Shown: in pieces, positions 51,201 to 64,000 of the stretch
Layout of the letters: each line of letters opens with the position of its first letter
Numbering within the stretch: position 1 is the stretch's first letter
Assembly: GCF_964355755.1 (NCBI RefSeq)
Contig: NC_092671.1
Coordinates: 14,632,001 to 14,696,000 of the forward strand
DNA from: Antedon mediterranea
Lineage: Eukaryota; Animalia; Echinodermata
Length of the DNA stretch: 64,000 bases
Direction: 5' to 3'
Made by a program: the position numbers and the translations under genes
Notes under the pieces: generated by a model
What the model saw: only the letters and a program-made list of their open reading frames with translations
What the model was told of the DNA's origin: nothing
The model's database searches: none

Positions 51201-54200
51201 AATTATTATATTTTCATAGAGGGAGACAATGCTATCCTACCTTATACACTATCAATGTGTTGCTGACTGCTGCTCTATCACTCTCACACTTTGCCTTTGC
51301 TTCCATATGTTCTTGAATGGCTTGTTCCATCTGTGTCTTTAATTCATTATGCTCATCGTCTTTACATTTTACTATATTTTCCTTTTCTTTGAGTAACTCT
51401 TCTAGTTCCGATAACTGAAATTGTATAAAGGTAAATGGAATGGTACTATTGCTTCAGCTTCAAGTCTACAGCGACATACTATAATTCCAAACTGCCACTT
51501 TAATTGTCTAAAACCTTTCTGTTTTACCTTTTCAAGAAGTTCTTCATTTTCAGTTCTGTATTTTTCACCAACATCCTTTGTAGTGGAAATCTTGAAACAA
51601 AGGTAGAATAAAGGTTTATCTTTAGAGTTTGATTATTTACGCTTTGTGAGAATAATACTGTATACATTTTTGTTGGCCTTCTCTTACCTGAAGGCCCAAT
51701 AATTATTTTGATTAAAAACCTGTAATACACCTACTTCCTTTTCTAAAGAAGCACTTTGTTTTGTGTTAAATGTAACCTTGCTCTTTAGTGATTTTGTCTC
51801 TTGTTGTAAATCTTTCACTTGTTTTGTCTTGGTTTCTAGTTGATTCTCTAATGTTTTCTTTCTGCTTTCTAGTGCCTTCACTTGCTTGTTAGCAGCGTTT
51901 AGCTCTGATTGTAGACCTTTTTTCTATAGTTGTGTTTAATACAAATCTAACTTATCAATTTAAAGACAGTTTGGTAATAATTCATTAGTAACTCCACATA
52001 ATAATAATAAAGACAATTTTGGTTACTCCCTGAACTTAAAATAGAAATTACATTATCTCAACTATACTACAAATATATGGTGATAATACAAATATCTTTC
52101 TTTTACAATTTCTATTATTTATTCATTATTATATTTAATTATATATAAATTCTATGTATGTATGTTTATTTTAATATTGTTAACTGTTATATTTTCGTAT
52201 TATTGTCTTGGCAAATTTTATTGTACTGGAAAGTCCCAAATGATTAGCTTTGGCTAGATAGAGCACCCTCATTAAATATTGTTGATATAAAAAAAAAATA
52301 CTAAGAAATGTTCTAGTCAACAGCCTCTCAACTTTTGTACCTTACCTTATTTACTTCACCTTTCAACTTATCATTTGTTTGTACTTGTTCATGTATACTT
52401 GTATCCAGCTCTGATATGTTCTCTCTCAATTCAGTTGATTTTTTAAGCTCTGCTTCTAGCTTTTCCTCTGTTGTTTCTTTGCTAATTTGAAGTGACTGTG
52501 AATATGAACAAAATGGAAATTTAAGGCATGAGTAGCCAAAACAAAACCCTATGGCTGGCTGCTAAAATGTGTGTGATAGGTTAATGTGGATCAGGATTCT
52601 GAACTATACCTTGACGATCTCTTTTAAATCTGCAACCTCTTGGATTTCTTTATTTAATTGAATCTTCATTTCATTGTTGTCTTCTCTTGATTTTGCAAGT
52701 GATGAAGACAATTCACTCTTATCAATACTAAATTAAGAATTACAAATAATGTTAAAATAAAAATGAAGCAATTTATACTTTCAATTTACATGCTTTGGAA
52801 AATAACATGTTGTGCTATTTGTTGACCAATTTATTGATTAAACTAATAAATGAATTGAGCTGCACTGTGGCCTGATGTTATAACATGCTTGCTTACCAAT
52901 TCCAGGTTCCGTGGATGAATTCCTGGCAGTGTCACAGTACCAGGTGCCACTACTGCAGAACCGTATACAAGACTTTGTTTATAAAGTTTATTTCTCAATG
53001 TACAAATACTTTGATTAGCACAGGTAGAAAATAAATAGATGTTAATTGATGTATATAGATCAAAAACTATTCTTATTACCTGACTTTTCCAAGCTCCTTT
53101 TTCAGAGAATCAATTTTATCATAAGACACTTTTTCTCTTTCTAAAGCATCTTTAAGTTCCTTTGTACTGCTACATAATTCAATCTATAATAATAATAAAT
53201 AATTAATTAATAAATAAATAAACTTAAGCCTAATTTGATAAAATAATAATAATATAGTATTTATATTATATAAAAATAACTACAGTATACCATAATTATA
53301 TATAATAATCCTAATTTAATTCAGATATCTATTGTATATCATATAGTAATATATATGTATTGTAGTTACCTTTCTCATCTCTATGTCCTGCCTGAATTCT
53401 TGTATTTCTAACAGCAGCTTCCCCTTTTCTGTTAACATTTCTTGAAGCTTATCATCTGTATTACATATCTTCTTCTATAAAGTTTGAAACAAAAAAATAA
53501 TACGGTATATTTTAATAAATACACAAAAAATATACACCATGCATATAAACATATATATATATATTATTTGCTGATAAAACATATAAATATTACAATATAC
53601 AGGATTTTTATGAGGATTGGGGTTTGATTTATGATAAAGTGGAAAGTGTAAGGGATCACATGATAAATTGAAAGGCATTGCATGTGATACACTATGCCTA
53701 CTAACCTCAAGACTAGCCTGCTCTTCTTTATACTTTTCAATGGTCATCTTATCCGTTTGTGTTTTACTATTCGCATTCTCAAGTTCTTCTGTAAGCTTAT
53801 TTGTTTCTTCTACATATTTAATCTGTAAAATAGAACCATTTCATAACCAGTGTTGTTTCTATCTAGTATAATTCCAGTCAGTTCATTTATTGTTAAGTTG
53901 ATTCTCTAGAGCATATTTTTATAAATCAAAACAAAATTAATGCTAAATTCATTTAGTAAAATGGAAGGTAGACATACAATTAATTCCTTCAAAGTGTTTA
54001 TGAATTACTGTAATGAAAATATTATTGTTAATAATATACAAGCAATTTGAATACATTTTCTTCATTTATCTCATCCTTTAGAGCAGCATTGTTCTTTTCA
54101 AGCATAACATTTCTTTTTTCTTCTTCTTCCAGACTGCTCCTAAGTGCGGTAATTGTGTTGCCCAAATCCACTACATTCTCCTGCAGCTCTTTGAGATTAT

Positions 54201-57178
54201 CTTCAATTTTAGACTACAGAAACAATGATAAAATAGTAAACATGAGGAAACAATAACAATAAATAGATAATGGTATCATTGTACGAATTCTGAGATTTTC
54301 CAAATTCAAATTAAAAAATAAACATTTATTTTCTTCAATTGAAACATAATAAATAAAACACTGTACACAAACATAAAAATGAAGATTACATTTTTTTTAT
54401 AAATGTAAATTATGTAAAAGCATAATTAAAATTAAGTTTAAATCATGTCTTTTATTTATTTATTAATTAGTAAGAGAATACATTTTTCATTTGTTACTAT
54501 AAACTAATATACATTTTATTTGTTGTTTAAAGCAGGCTGGTCAAAGGCACCCCTGGAAGTTATTGATATTGATATTAGGTGGATGTATGTTGTTACCTTT
54601 AAAGAACTAAGCTTTTCCTTTTCCTTAACAATTTCTTCGATCGTCTCTGTTAACATAGAAATTTCTTGAACTCTATTTTCAAGTTCACATTTAGTTTCTG
54701 CTAAAATCTTTTGGAAAGATTCTGAAAAAGCAAAGTACACTGTTCAATTATTCTTCTTCTATCATGTGAAAAGGACATTACTAATGAATGAATGATAAGT
54801 GGTGGCTTTACCAATTAATAAATAATTAGTTTGACACCTATTGTAATTATATTTCAATTCACTTACCCTTTTCTGCTTGAATATTAATTAGGGCACACTG
54901 ACGCTCATCCATCTTCTTGTTTAGAATATCAAGCATGTTGCTTTTTTCTTGACAGAGATTTGATAGTTCCTCCATCTGTTCAAAAAAAATTACATAATTT
55001 GTTTACCATGTTAAAAAGTATATTGGTTTTATAAATACATTTAACAGAACTTTATGATAAATATATTGATAACTTTATTTCTATACTATTATTAATTTAT
55101 AACTAAGTAGTTTACAATCATTTTAGGACCCTTATTGAAAACTAATTTTAAGACATGTATTTTGATTTATGTATTTGTACTTCACTTGGTTGACTGATAT
55201 AAAATATTTGTATTGATACAAATGTTGGGACATTCAAATAAAAATATAGAAAGATGAGAGGGAATAACTAAAGTGACCAATACCACTCTCTCCCCACCAT
55301 CATTCCTTTAAATCAACTCTATATAGATAATATGTACTTACTTCATTATCTAAATCTTTCAGTTTTGCCTGAAATTGTTCAACAACCTCATTATGATGTT
55401 TGTCATCCGCTTCCACTATTAAAGCAAACATAATAATTTGCCAAAAAACAAAACATATAATTGACATAACATAAGTTTATATATAAACTTATTTCGCAAA
55501 TTCAATGCATATAAAAATAACATGAAGTATCAAAAATAGTAAAAGATTAATGTTAAATGCAAGACCAGCTGGCAAAACTATTTGGAATTAAAAAGTAGTT
55601 TATCACACACAGTTTTCACAATCATACTATTAGAATAGATAAATTAATACGTAACAAAATACCATAAATAGACTTACGCTTAAATTTACCAAAACTATAA
55701 ATACCAAAATTAACAAACATTTCAGAAGCACTACAGAATTTACTCAAGTTCAGTAACATACGCAAATAATTATTGTAACAAACTTTTAAAGAATGAAATG
55801 TTTGCTTAGTGTGATTGAACCAAGACTATTACAATAGAAACTACAGTAAGACTTCAACAAATACACTTTATCACATTTATGTATTCAAGAAAAAAGAAAA
55901 TGAACAACTTACATTTGGTTTTTAAATTATTCACTTGATCAATGTGTTCCAGGCTTAAACTTTTGAATTGCTCTTCTAACTCCTATAAAGACAGCAAAAA
56001 TATTATATAAATAGTTAAAAATTAAGGCCTGAAAAAAAACTTTTAAAGTGTGTTTCATGATAATGAAACATATGTCACGAAATAGTTATTGAAATATTTG
56101 AAACCTTTGTGCTTTATATCTACATTCCTTCCTGTCATATCAATATTAAGTCCATGCCACCAAACAAATTAATTATAAGTATATTATTCATACTTGGCAT
56201 TGTTGCATTTGCTGTTTGTCTTGTAGTTGCAGTTCATCTTTAACGTGTTCATACAGTGCTAACCTTTCTTCAACTTTGTTGCTGTAGTCTTTCAAAATAT
56301 TGCACATACTGCGTGTGGACTCGATTCTACAGAACAAACACATTTGAAGTAATTCTGTATGTCTTCATTGATATCAATAATGATTACTGGAGTTAAAATG
56401 AAGAAACAACTGGCTGACTTACTTTTGACTAATATCATGTTGGTTATCAATTTCAAGCTGTAACTTCTGACTCAGATTTTCATTTTGAAGCTATAGCATA
56501 AATAGAAATATACCTTAAAGTGAGTTGTTATTCTCATGCATTGTCAATATTATAGATGATTAAAAAAACAATCTAAATATTCAATTTATCAAAAAACAAA
56601 CAAAAAGGAATACCTGTAATTCTAATATCGATTTCCTTTGTGATTCAATAGTCTGTTGACACTCACTAAGTTTTCTATCTTTGTACTTCACATCCATTTC
56701 TATGTCTACCTTCCATTTTCGTATCTTGTCAGCTTCTTTATGTAGTTTGGAGTGAAGTGATCTCAGTTTTTCAGATGATTCTTCAGCTGTTACCTTCTGC
56801 TGTTTTGATTGCTGTATGAACTGGGTATTTTGCATATTTGTTTTTAATGTTTCTTGTTGCTGAATATAGGCCTATTCATTATTATTAAAAAAGAAACATG
56901 TTTGTAATACACTAGGCCCTAGCCTAGGCCTAGTAGTAGTAATACATTTGGTTTATACACTGTGGTCTTTATTATTTTTCTTCTTTTTACCTTGGGACCT
57001 AGTAGGCCCTAGGCCTAGATAGCTAGGTCTAGCCTAGGCTACAACTTGAAATACTTACTTTAGGATTATCAATATCAGTTGGTTCTTTTGATTTGAGAGT
57101 AAAAAAATCAGACTGTTGTTTGCCACTCAATTGAGTTTTGAAGAAACTATCTCCAATCATCATATCCATCGTTGCCAT
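48294..57178 (-). CDS. SYCP1: Synaptonemal complex protein 1 (multi-exon, roughly 20+ exons)
   Basis: LHSKLHKEADKIRKWKVDIE..QTIESQRKSILELQ / LQNENLSQKLQLE / ESTRSMCNILK match the conserved SYCP1 N-terminal coiled-coil motif. Long coiled-coil exons follow, then a basic S/T-P-rich tail ending PWFDSDSVFGFFDE*. ATG at 57178 directly follows an AG acceptor. Confidence 0.92.
49675..50073. mobile_element. Degraded MITE containing a Deu/Nin-type SINE fragment
   Basis: GCCGGTTTTCACTAG ... CTAGTGGGAAACATGC imperfect TIRs. ~49790-49870 (-) GTTAAAGAACC..TTCGAGAAGAGTAGG..CCGGTGTTC resembles the Deu/Nin SINE core. Confidence 0.5.
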
Positions 57179-57810
57179 CTAATAAAAAAGTAAATTTAAA
57201 TATGCTAGCAAGACTAGGCCTAGCCTTAAGTCTAATAAAAGTTTTAGTAGGGTAACTATAGCCTAGGGCCTATATAATATAAGCTACCGCGGCCTAGGGC
57301 CGGCCTAGCCTAGTCCTCTTCTAGGCTAGACTCTAGCTAGGTAGGGGCACTTACCTTAAGGCTATCCTAGGTTTAGAGGCCAAGGCTAGGGCCTAGCCTC
57401 TAGCTAGCCTAGCTAGTCTAGGCCTCCTAGCCACCTAGCCTAGGCTAGGCCTAGCCTAGCCCTTAGTACTTAGTTTAGGCCTACTAGGCTAGCCTACTTA
57501 AAAATAGAGCTGAGCCTGATACTCAATGGTGGAGAGGACAGAATCAAAGGACAGGTGCATTTGGAAAGTTCCCAAGAACTCTTTTAACTAGCCTAGGCCT
57601 AGGCTAGGCCTAGCCTAGTGGTGCAAGTAGTAGTCTAGGCTAGCTAGGCTAGTCCACCTAGCCTAGTAGCTAGCTAGGCTAGGCCTAGCTAGGGCTAGCC
57701 TAGCCTAGTAGGCCTAGCCTAGCTCCTACTAGCCTAGCTTGCCTTATTTAGACCTTTAGTGTTAGTAGCTGTAATTGTATGGGCCTACCTCTAGGCCTAG
57801 CCTAGTATGG
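56910..57810. repeat. TAGGCCTA/TAGCTA-rich tracts in the 5' introns of SYCP1
   Basis: Same word set as 30520-31135. Interrupted cleanly by the first coding exon (~57059-57178). Confidence 0.95.
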
Positions 57811-57879
57811 GTGGTTACAAAAAGATGTTTAAAAAAAGACCGGCCCTGTTGCTGCCGCCGGTGATCTGATGAAAATTTC

Positions 57880-58030
57880 GTTTGCGTCTGCTGAATGTGT
57901 GACGTGCGACGTGTCGCCGTGCGCGCGTGGGGCAGACGATTTTACACTGCGCATGTGTATAAACTTTTATCCAATAAAATGTTAGCATTTATTAGCCACG
58001 CCCAAAAGACGATTGAGGCTGTTACGTTTA
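57880..58030. promoter_or_regulatory. CpG-rich probable SYCP1 promoter, divergent with the GPCR
   Basis: CpG cluster 57900-57930, NRF1-like TGCGCATGTG ~57948, CCAAT 57971, KLF/SP GCCACGCCC ~57995. Confidence 0.55.
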
Positions 58031-58298
58031 TGTCATGTCAGCACTTCCCTTTTAATTTATAATAATTATATTTAATATTATTACATAGGCCTAGTCCTAT
58101 CGTTGTTTGTTATAGTGTCTCTGACAACAATATTTGTTTGCTGACGCCCTCATCTGTCTTTCAAATAAATTACAATGACACGAGTTTCAGATATCTAGGC
58201 CTATACTGCCACCAGGCAAAAATATGTATAACAAACATACTATATAATAATCTGTGATTACCTACACCACCAGATAAGTTATACTGCGTCGCAGGAAT

Positions 58299-61176
58299 AT
58301 GAGCAACAACACGACTGCTGCAGTCGGCAATGAGCTCGACACTGCTGAGTTGTTTTATGTAGCATGTCTAGTCCTGATACTAGCGTTTGGAACTGTTGGG
58401 AACATTCTAATCATTGCTGCTGTTGTCATCTGTAAATCACTTAGAACAAAATGTAATATCTTTATCGTAAATTTAGCCATTGCAGACTTTTGTGTTGCTA
58501 CTATATGTGGTATTGGTTATATTATTGGATGTTTAACAAAGGGACAATTTTACGTGGAACATCGTACTGTATGTAACTTATTAGGAGCAGTAGTTGTTGT
58601 TAGTTGTGTTTGTTCTTTATGGAATATAATGGCAATAGCTCTCAACAGGTATGTAAAACATAGTATATTGCTGTATGGTTAAACTAAACATTCTGAACTA
58701 TCATTCGCCTGTCAAAAAATGTCACTAAAATCTTTTGAACCTACTAAATCATTGCGTTTCTAGATACATACACTAATAAAAGTCAATGGTCACATATTAA
58801 TTAATAAAACAACTCCATACTAGAGTCAGATACAGATTTAGCTTTAATTTCACCTACTTTTTCTCATTCCGGGTCATCAGTTAGTGACTCCCGATTCACC
58901 GAATGCATATAGATAAATAAATTAAAGAAGCCATGATCCAGTCATGTCTTTAATTTAGAAATACTGGCAGGTGATTCTTAAAAATAGAAATGACATTATA
59001 ACAATCAGTGATTTCTACCTATCAACAACATCGCCAGAACAGACTTCAGATATAATCAAGATTGATGCGCATAACAGAGTGGTATATACATATCCTACAC
59101 ATCTAAACGATTTGAACTGTTTGTCGGCTCTGGTTTCAAATGTAATGGTCCAGATAACAGAAGATAATTGACATGATATGTATAATCTTTCGGAATATGA
59201 TTTAAAAATTAAAGAGACGTTTTATCGAACTATACGGTAGGCATAATAATAAAAGTGGTATAATATGACTTTTGATGCCGGAGGTAATTATTTAACGAGA
59301 GATATACGTAAAACAAAGCATCATTAATATGGACCAACGAAATAACAATCCCAGAATCCTTATCACCACAATATAAATAAAACGTCGTGCTCGTCCACAA
59401 CCTCCCCACCCCACCAACATAATAGGTTAATATTTTCATGACACGCTCTGTATTTTCAATGACAGATAATTATGGTATTTAGTAATGCCAGGTATTTACA
59501 CTTTTTATGTAGAAACTCACTAAATTGATACATGTTACTTATTTGAATTGTCTTTTGTGAAATGAATTATTTTAACTTACCTGGATCTCAGCATATTATC
59601 TTCCTTTAAATCTGAGATCCTCAATATGAGTTGTTTTTGTTTATGATCCCATAGTTGACACGACCGGGGCAGTGGGGGGGGGGGGGGGGGTGGTATACAT
59701 TGATAAACATTGTCTATTAACGATGTTCGTAAAACTATAGAATGAGAATGTTTATACTAAACTCTGATATAGACTGATTTCTTTGGCGCCATCTTAACGA
59801 AGTTTCATTGAAACACTTATTGCTTTAAAAAAAAAACCTTAAACACAGCTAAAGCTTGGTTCCCACTAGGACGTAACGCAGTGACGTAGACGCAACGCAA
59901 GCGAGTTGACCAATCCCACGCGACTGTTCGAATAATCCATCGCTTGAGATTGGTCAAGTCACTTTGCGTTGCGTTACGTCCTTGCGTTGCGTCCTATAGT
60001 GGGAACCAAGCTTGAAGGATGATGCGAAACTCACAAATGTGTAAACTCAGCCAAGTGAGTCTGCTGATAATATTATGCAATTTAAAATACATGATCGCCT
60101 GTTATTCTCATGATTTTAACAAATTGTTTCTCAAATTGTATTTTCCACTTAACTATATAGCTTTCATTTTATAAACTCACCATTACCCAAAGGATATCAA
60201 TCGACCTGTCAACCTTGATTACGTTTAATAATCTGATATAGTATCACGGATGGTTGATATGTTCTCGTTATTTCTTGGTATTATTTAAAAAATGAAATTT
60301 GTTTATCATATATAGTTTTACTTACATGGATTAATGGACTAGTTACACTTTATATATAATTATACATTTTTGTGTAGGCCTATATACTTTCGAAAGGGAA
60401 AATATTATATTGATTTTTAAATTGTTCTATCTTACAGATATTTCTTTATATGCAGACGTCGACAATATTATCAATACTTTACGTGGTGCAACACAGTTTT
60501 AATCGCAATTTCGATCTGGTTCCTGGCAATCTTAGTTGATTTTGCAAATGTCTTTGGATGGGGAGGACATTCTCTACACGAAAAACATTACGGATGTACA
60601 TATGATCAGACTTCGAACTATGGTAGTCTTATATTCCAAGCTATTATAGGATTTACAATACCAACTGTTGGAATAATCGGAGCGTACTCTGGTATTTACT
60701 TACAAGTGCGCTCCAGCACACGCGAACTTATGAATGTAGCAGACAGCGAAAGACGCGACTCAAAGAAACTACCAAGAAACAGACCAAAAGACTGCGAAAT
60801 TTTAAAAACTGTTCTCTTCATATTCATTGTATTTCTCATGTGTTGGATGCCGTTTATGAGCCTTGTTATATTCGATCCGGACATGAAATGTTCTAAGTAC
60901 ATTTATATGTATTTTATCGTATTAGCGGATCTGAATAGTTGTATTAATGGCGTTATTTATGGAGTTATGAATAAACGATTCAGGATTGCATATTGTTATA
61001 TATTGACATGTGGAAGATCCAATACCAAACAAGTGAAATTAAAAGTGTTTTCTACAACGACTGCTTATTCTGTCAAAGCAACTTCGTATAATGTTGGTAA
61101 TGGTATTAGTAAGAAATTACGAGATGCCCTGATTGAGCAGCGACCATCAGTCACAGACATCAGATTAAAAGCGTGA
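58299..61176 (+). CDS. Class A GPCR, melatonin-receptor-like (2 exons)
   Basis: Exon 1 58299-58648 (GTVGN, NLAIAD, SLWNIMAIALNR); exon 2 60438-61176 (YFFIC, GWGGH, CWMP, NSCINGVIYG). NRY in place of DRY. Confidence 0.9.
59853..60012. mobile_element. Palindromic MITE, 160 bp (PIF/Harbinger-like)
   Basis: AGCTTGGTTCCCACTA..TAGTGGGAACCAAGCT, near-complete fold-back, flanked by TAA and TGA. Confidence 0.85.
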
Positions 61177-61698
61177 CTTATGTCTTTAATTAACATGCAT
61201 GTTATTCCGATTAAAAATGTTTTTCAGCACTCTAGACGCTGTACTTCTCATATGGATTATTATGTGCAATTTAATTTAACTTATGTTTCAAATTACTGTA
61301 TGTTATTCCCATAAGCACATGAAGAAAACGTCAACAACGAATAGATTCTCCAACATTGTTGTTCAGGTTATTCTGATTCAGATTTTAAATAAAACTGAAC
61401 ACCTAATTCCGAGAATTGAGATCAGTATAGATTTCAATGTTGATTGTAGAATTGTTTGACTCTTGACAATTTAGACCTGCTACGTTTGACTGACTGACTT
61501 CTGACATTAGTTTAAAGATAGTTCTACTGTACGACTTGACTATGACGACCATTGGTTTGATAGAATACCAGTATATTTCTGCGCATTTAATCTGGCAGTG
61601 CTGGGCGTGTTATATATAACCATTATATCCATATATAATATAGTATTAGTATAATTATACTACTGTATTTGCTTATTTATGTGACGCGCGCTGATTCT

Positions 61699-61815
61699 AA
61701 AGTTGGGTTTCCACTTGGACACAACGCAAGAAAGGATGTAATTATATAAGCGCACCGAATCACGTCGTGTGTTGGTGGATCGTCCCCCCCCCCCCCCTTT
61801 TGTGAGAACCAAGCT
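61699..61815. mobile_element. Degraded copy of the 59853 MITE family
   Basis: AGTTGGGTTTCCACTTGGACACAACGCAAG ... GTGAGAACCAAGCT. Confidence 0.6.
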
Positions 61816-64000
61816 TCAAAAGGCCCTATTCGTGACTGATGACGTAGTTACATACATACAGGCACTTAAATAAAGAGCTCGTTGTGCATGCCATAAGCTG
61901 CCTCATTTAGTGACTCGAACTGCTGACTGTTACGTCCAACATACCCCATAGCATTTTTTTAAACGAAACTGGACACGACTGCAAAAAAAAATGTATTTTT
62001 CGAACACGAGCTTGATTGTAAATTACATCATTAATGCATGTTACAACCAATTAAAGATTAAAATGTATGTATATTTTTACAAAATATTTTATATGTTAAA
62101 CTACGGCCTACGTGTCAACAGCATGGCATTTCTTTAATTTAGTCTTGCCAACGTGGTGAGTCTCCTGACGTTATTTTAGGCCTAACAAGGTGTGCTTAGA
62201 GACACAGCCTTATTCAATACTGTACATTTATTTTGAATAATGCAAACTCAGTGCTTTACAATTAATTTATAGCGAATAAATTGATATAAAAAACAAATTG
62301 ACTGTGTGTTGTTTTGTTCGATAACTGCGAGTGGAAAATAAATACAGAACTAAACTTTCGTTTTTTTACGTACGGATATTGTAACTTTTGGTACTTTATG
62401 CATATTGCAATATGGGCGTCTGAAGCGCTTGAGGCGACCGTCATGAGTGATTGTTAATTAAACCGCCTGTCACTACAACTAGTTATGAATACTAATGGGT
62501 TTGATATTAAATGACTTCAATATCAATGCACATCATGATGAAAAGACGTCCTCATGGAGAAGTAGTTAATTAATATTAGAATATACAATAATGAATATTA
62601 ACTATACAATAATGAAATATAGGTAATGACGTCAGTCGAGCCAGTTCACAAGGGTCAAGCCAACCTCATGATTTATGAAATAAATATAAGTGAAATAATC
62701 ATAATGTTTTTATTTAAATACAATCGTTTATTTTTGTGCACTGTTTTCAAAACTGGTTTATTGTTGCACCAATATTTTACTGTATTCCTAATTCCTATTA
62801 ATATCACTTGCTAGGACCTTGCTTTTTTATAGTCGGCCGGATACCAATGTGTATAAATAAATGTGAATGTTTCTTGTTACATCAACCGGTACTGTCGCCG
62901 ATGAGGCGAACAACATGCATGTATACATGAGTGATGGTGTTTTACAAGATAGTGATATGATGTATACGTGTTTTTTACAACATTCCGATTGTGAACACTC
63001 CACGGCAGACTGATATTTCAATTCAGGGTATGTCATGCGTTTACCAAGCAAAGTATGCTGACCTTAATAAGGATAGCCTAAAATACAAATGAAGTATAAT
63101 TACATATTAATGATATAGGCTAATGTGTTTGGTAAAAAACCATTACCAAAAGAGGTGGGTGGCTATTATAAAGTATGCTATTTGAATGTTAAGGCAAGGG
63201 ATTTAACTTATCACTCCAATAATTAATTAATTAGGCAAATCACTTTTACCCTTACAAAAATGCTACAAAATGTTGTTTTTCATAAGCATTAAAATCAAAA
63301 TAGTAACAAAAAAGACATACCGTAATCGAAGCGTTCAAAATGTTTATTTCAATATAGATAAGTGTGTATACAATCCATTCCAATAATGTGTCTTCATTGT
63401 CGGTATTATAAAGACGAACCTTGATTGGATTGGATTGGATTAAGTTAATGTTAACATCAATACCGTTAATGTCTAATATCCCTGTCACGTTTCCAATTAA
63501 TTTAATCTTGATATTGAACTAAGGTATAGGGTTTACATCAAAGTTTAAAAACAGAAAGAAAAACAAATGTTGTATAAAATATTCTATACAAACTACTCTA
63601 TTTGATGAACAATACCTTTTAAGAATGTTTTGCAGGTATTATTATTAACATAAACATAATGTACCGTAATAGGTCTAACTATACTGATGTATGAAACAAT
63701 CAATATGATGATCTAAAAAAAAAGATGATTATCATCACAATAACGGTGTGATGATTCTGTTTAACATCCAAGAGTGAATGACAATGATGAGAAATGGTGA
63801 CGAGGTTTATGAAGATGTTGACGATTAATTGTAATGATGATGATAATAATGATGATATTGATTGATTATTCAGATAAACGTTACGTCATGAAAATCATAG
63901 AGTATGTTTACGTGTGTACGTTTGTTAATGTTCTTGTCTTTGACGTGACGTCATCGTTATCGATCAGAGAATTGCCATAGGGAGATATAATTCCAATAAT

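Noticed and set aside
59674-59690. Poly-G run (and poly-C ~61784-61797) as functional G-quadruplexes
   Set aside because: Simple homopolymers with no supporting context.
62626-63500. Short ORFs near the window end as exons of another gene
   Set aside because: No recognisable domain or consistent splice chain; cannot be supported by eye.

Overview
AT-rich, intron-rich animal genomic DNA, probably an invertebrate deuterostome such as an echinoderm (taxon is an inference). 1-25 kb holds a minus-strand tandem array of three 9-exon SLC17/sialin-like transporter genes (A, B, C) plus two orphan exon-1 copies. The paralogues supply empty sites for a 5'-truncated Tx1/L1-group LINE, non-autonomous Helitrons and a fold-back DNA element. 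26-61 kb holds SMPD2 (-), WEE1 (+), an ODF3/SHIPPO-1-like gene (+) with two alternative last exons, SYCP1 (-) and a melatonin-receptor-like GPCR (+). These are interspersed with a MULE, a Kolobok-like element, MITEs and tRNA- and 5S-derived repeats. The most unusual signal: paralogue comparisons show TA replaced by TA-CCG-TA, TA-CGG-TA, TA-CTG-TA and TA-GGCC-TA, which look like DNA-transposon excision footprints. The 5' introns of SMPD2 and SYCP1 contain 600-900 bp tracts built almost wholly of such TA-spaced words. All calls were made by eye, so some exon and element boundaries are approximate.
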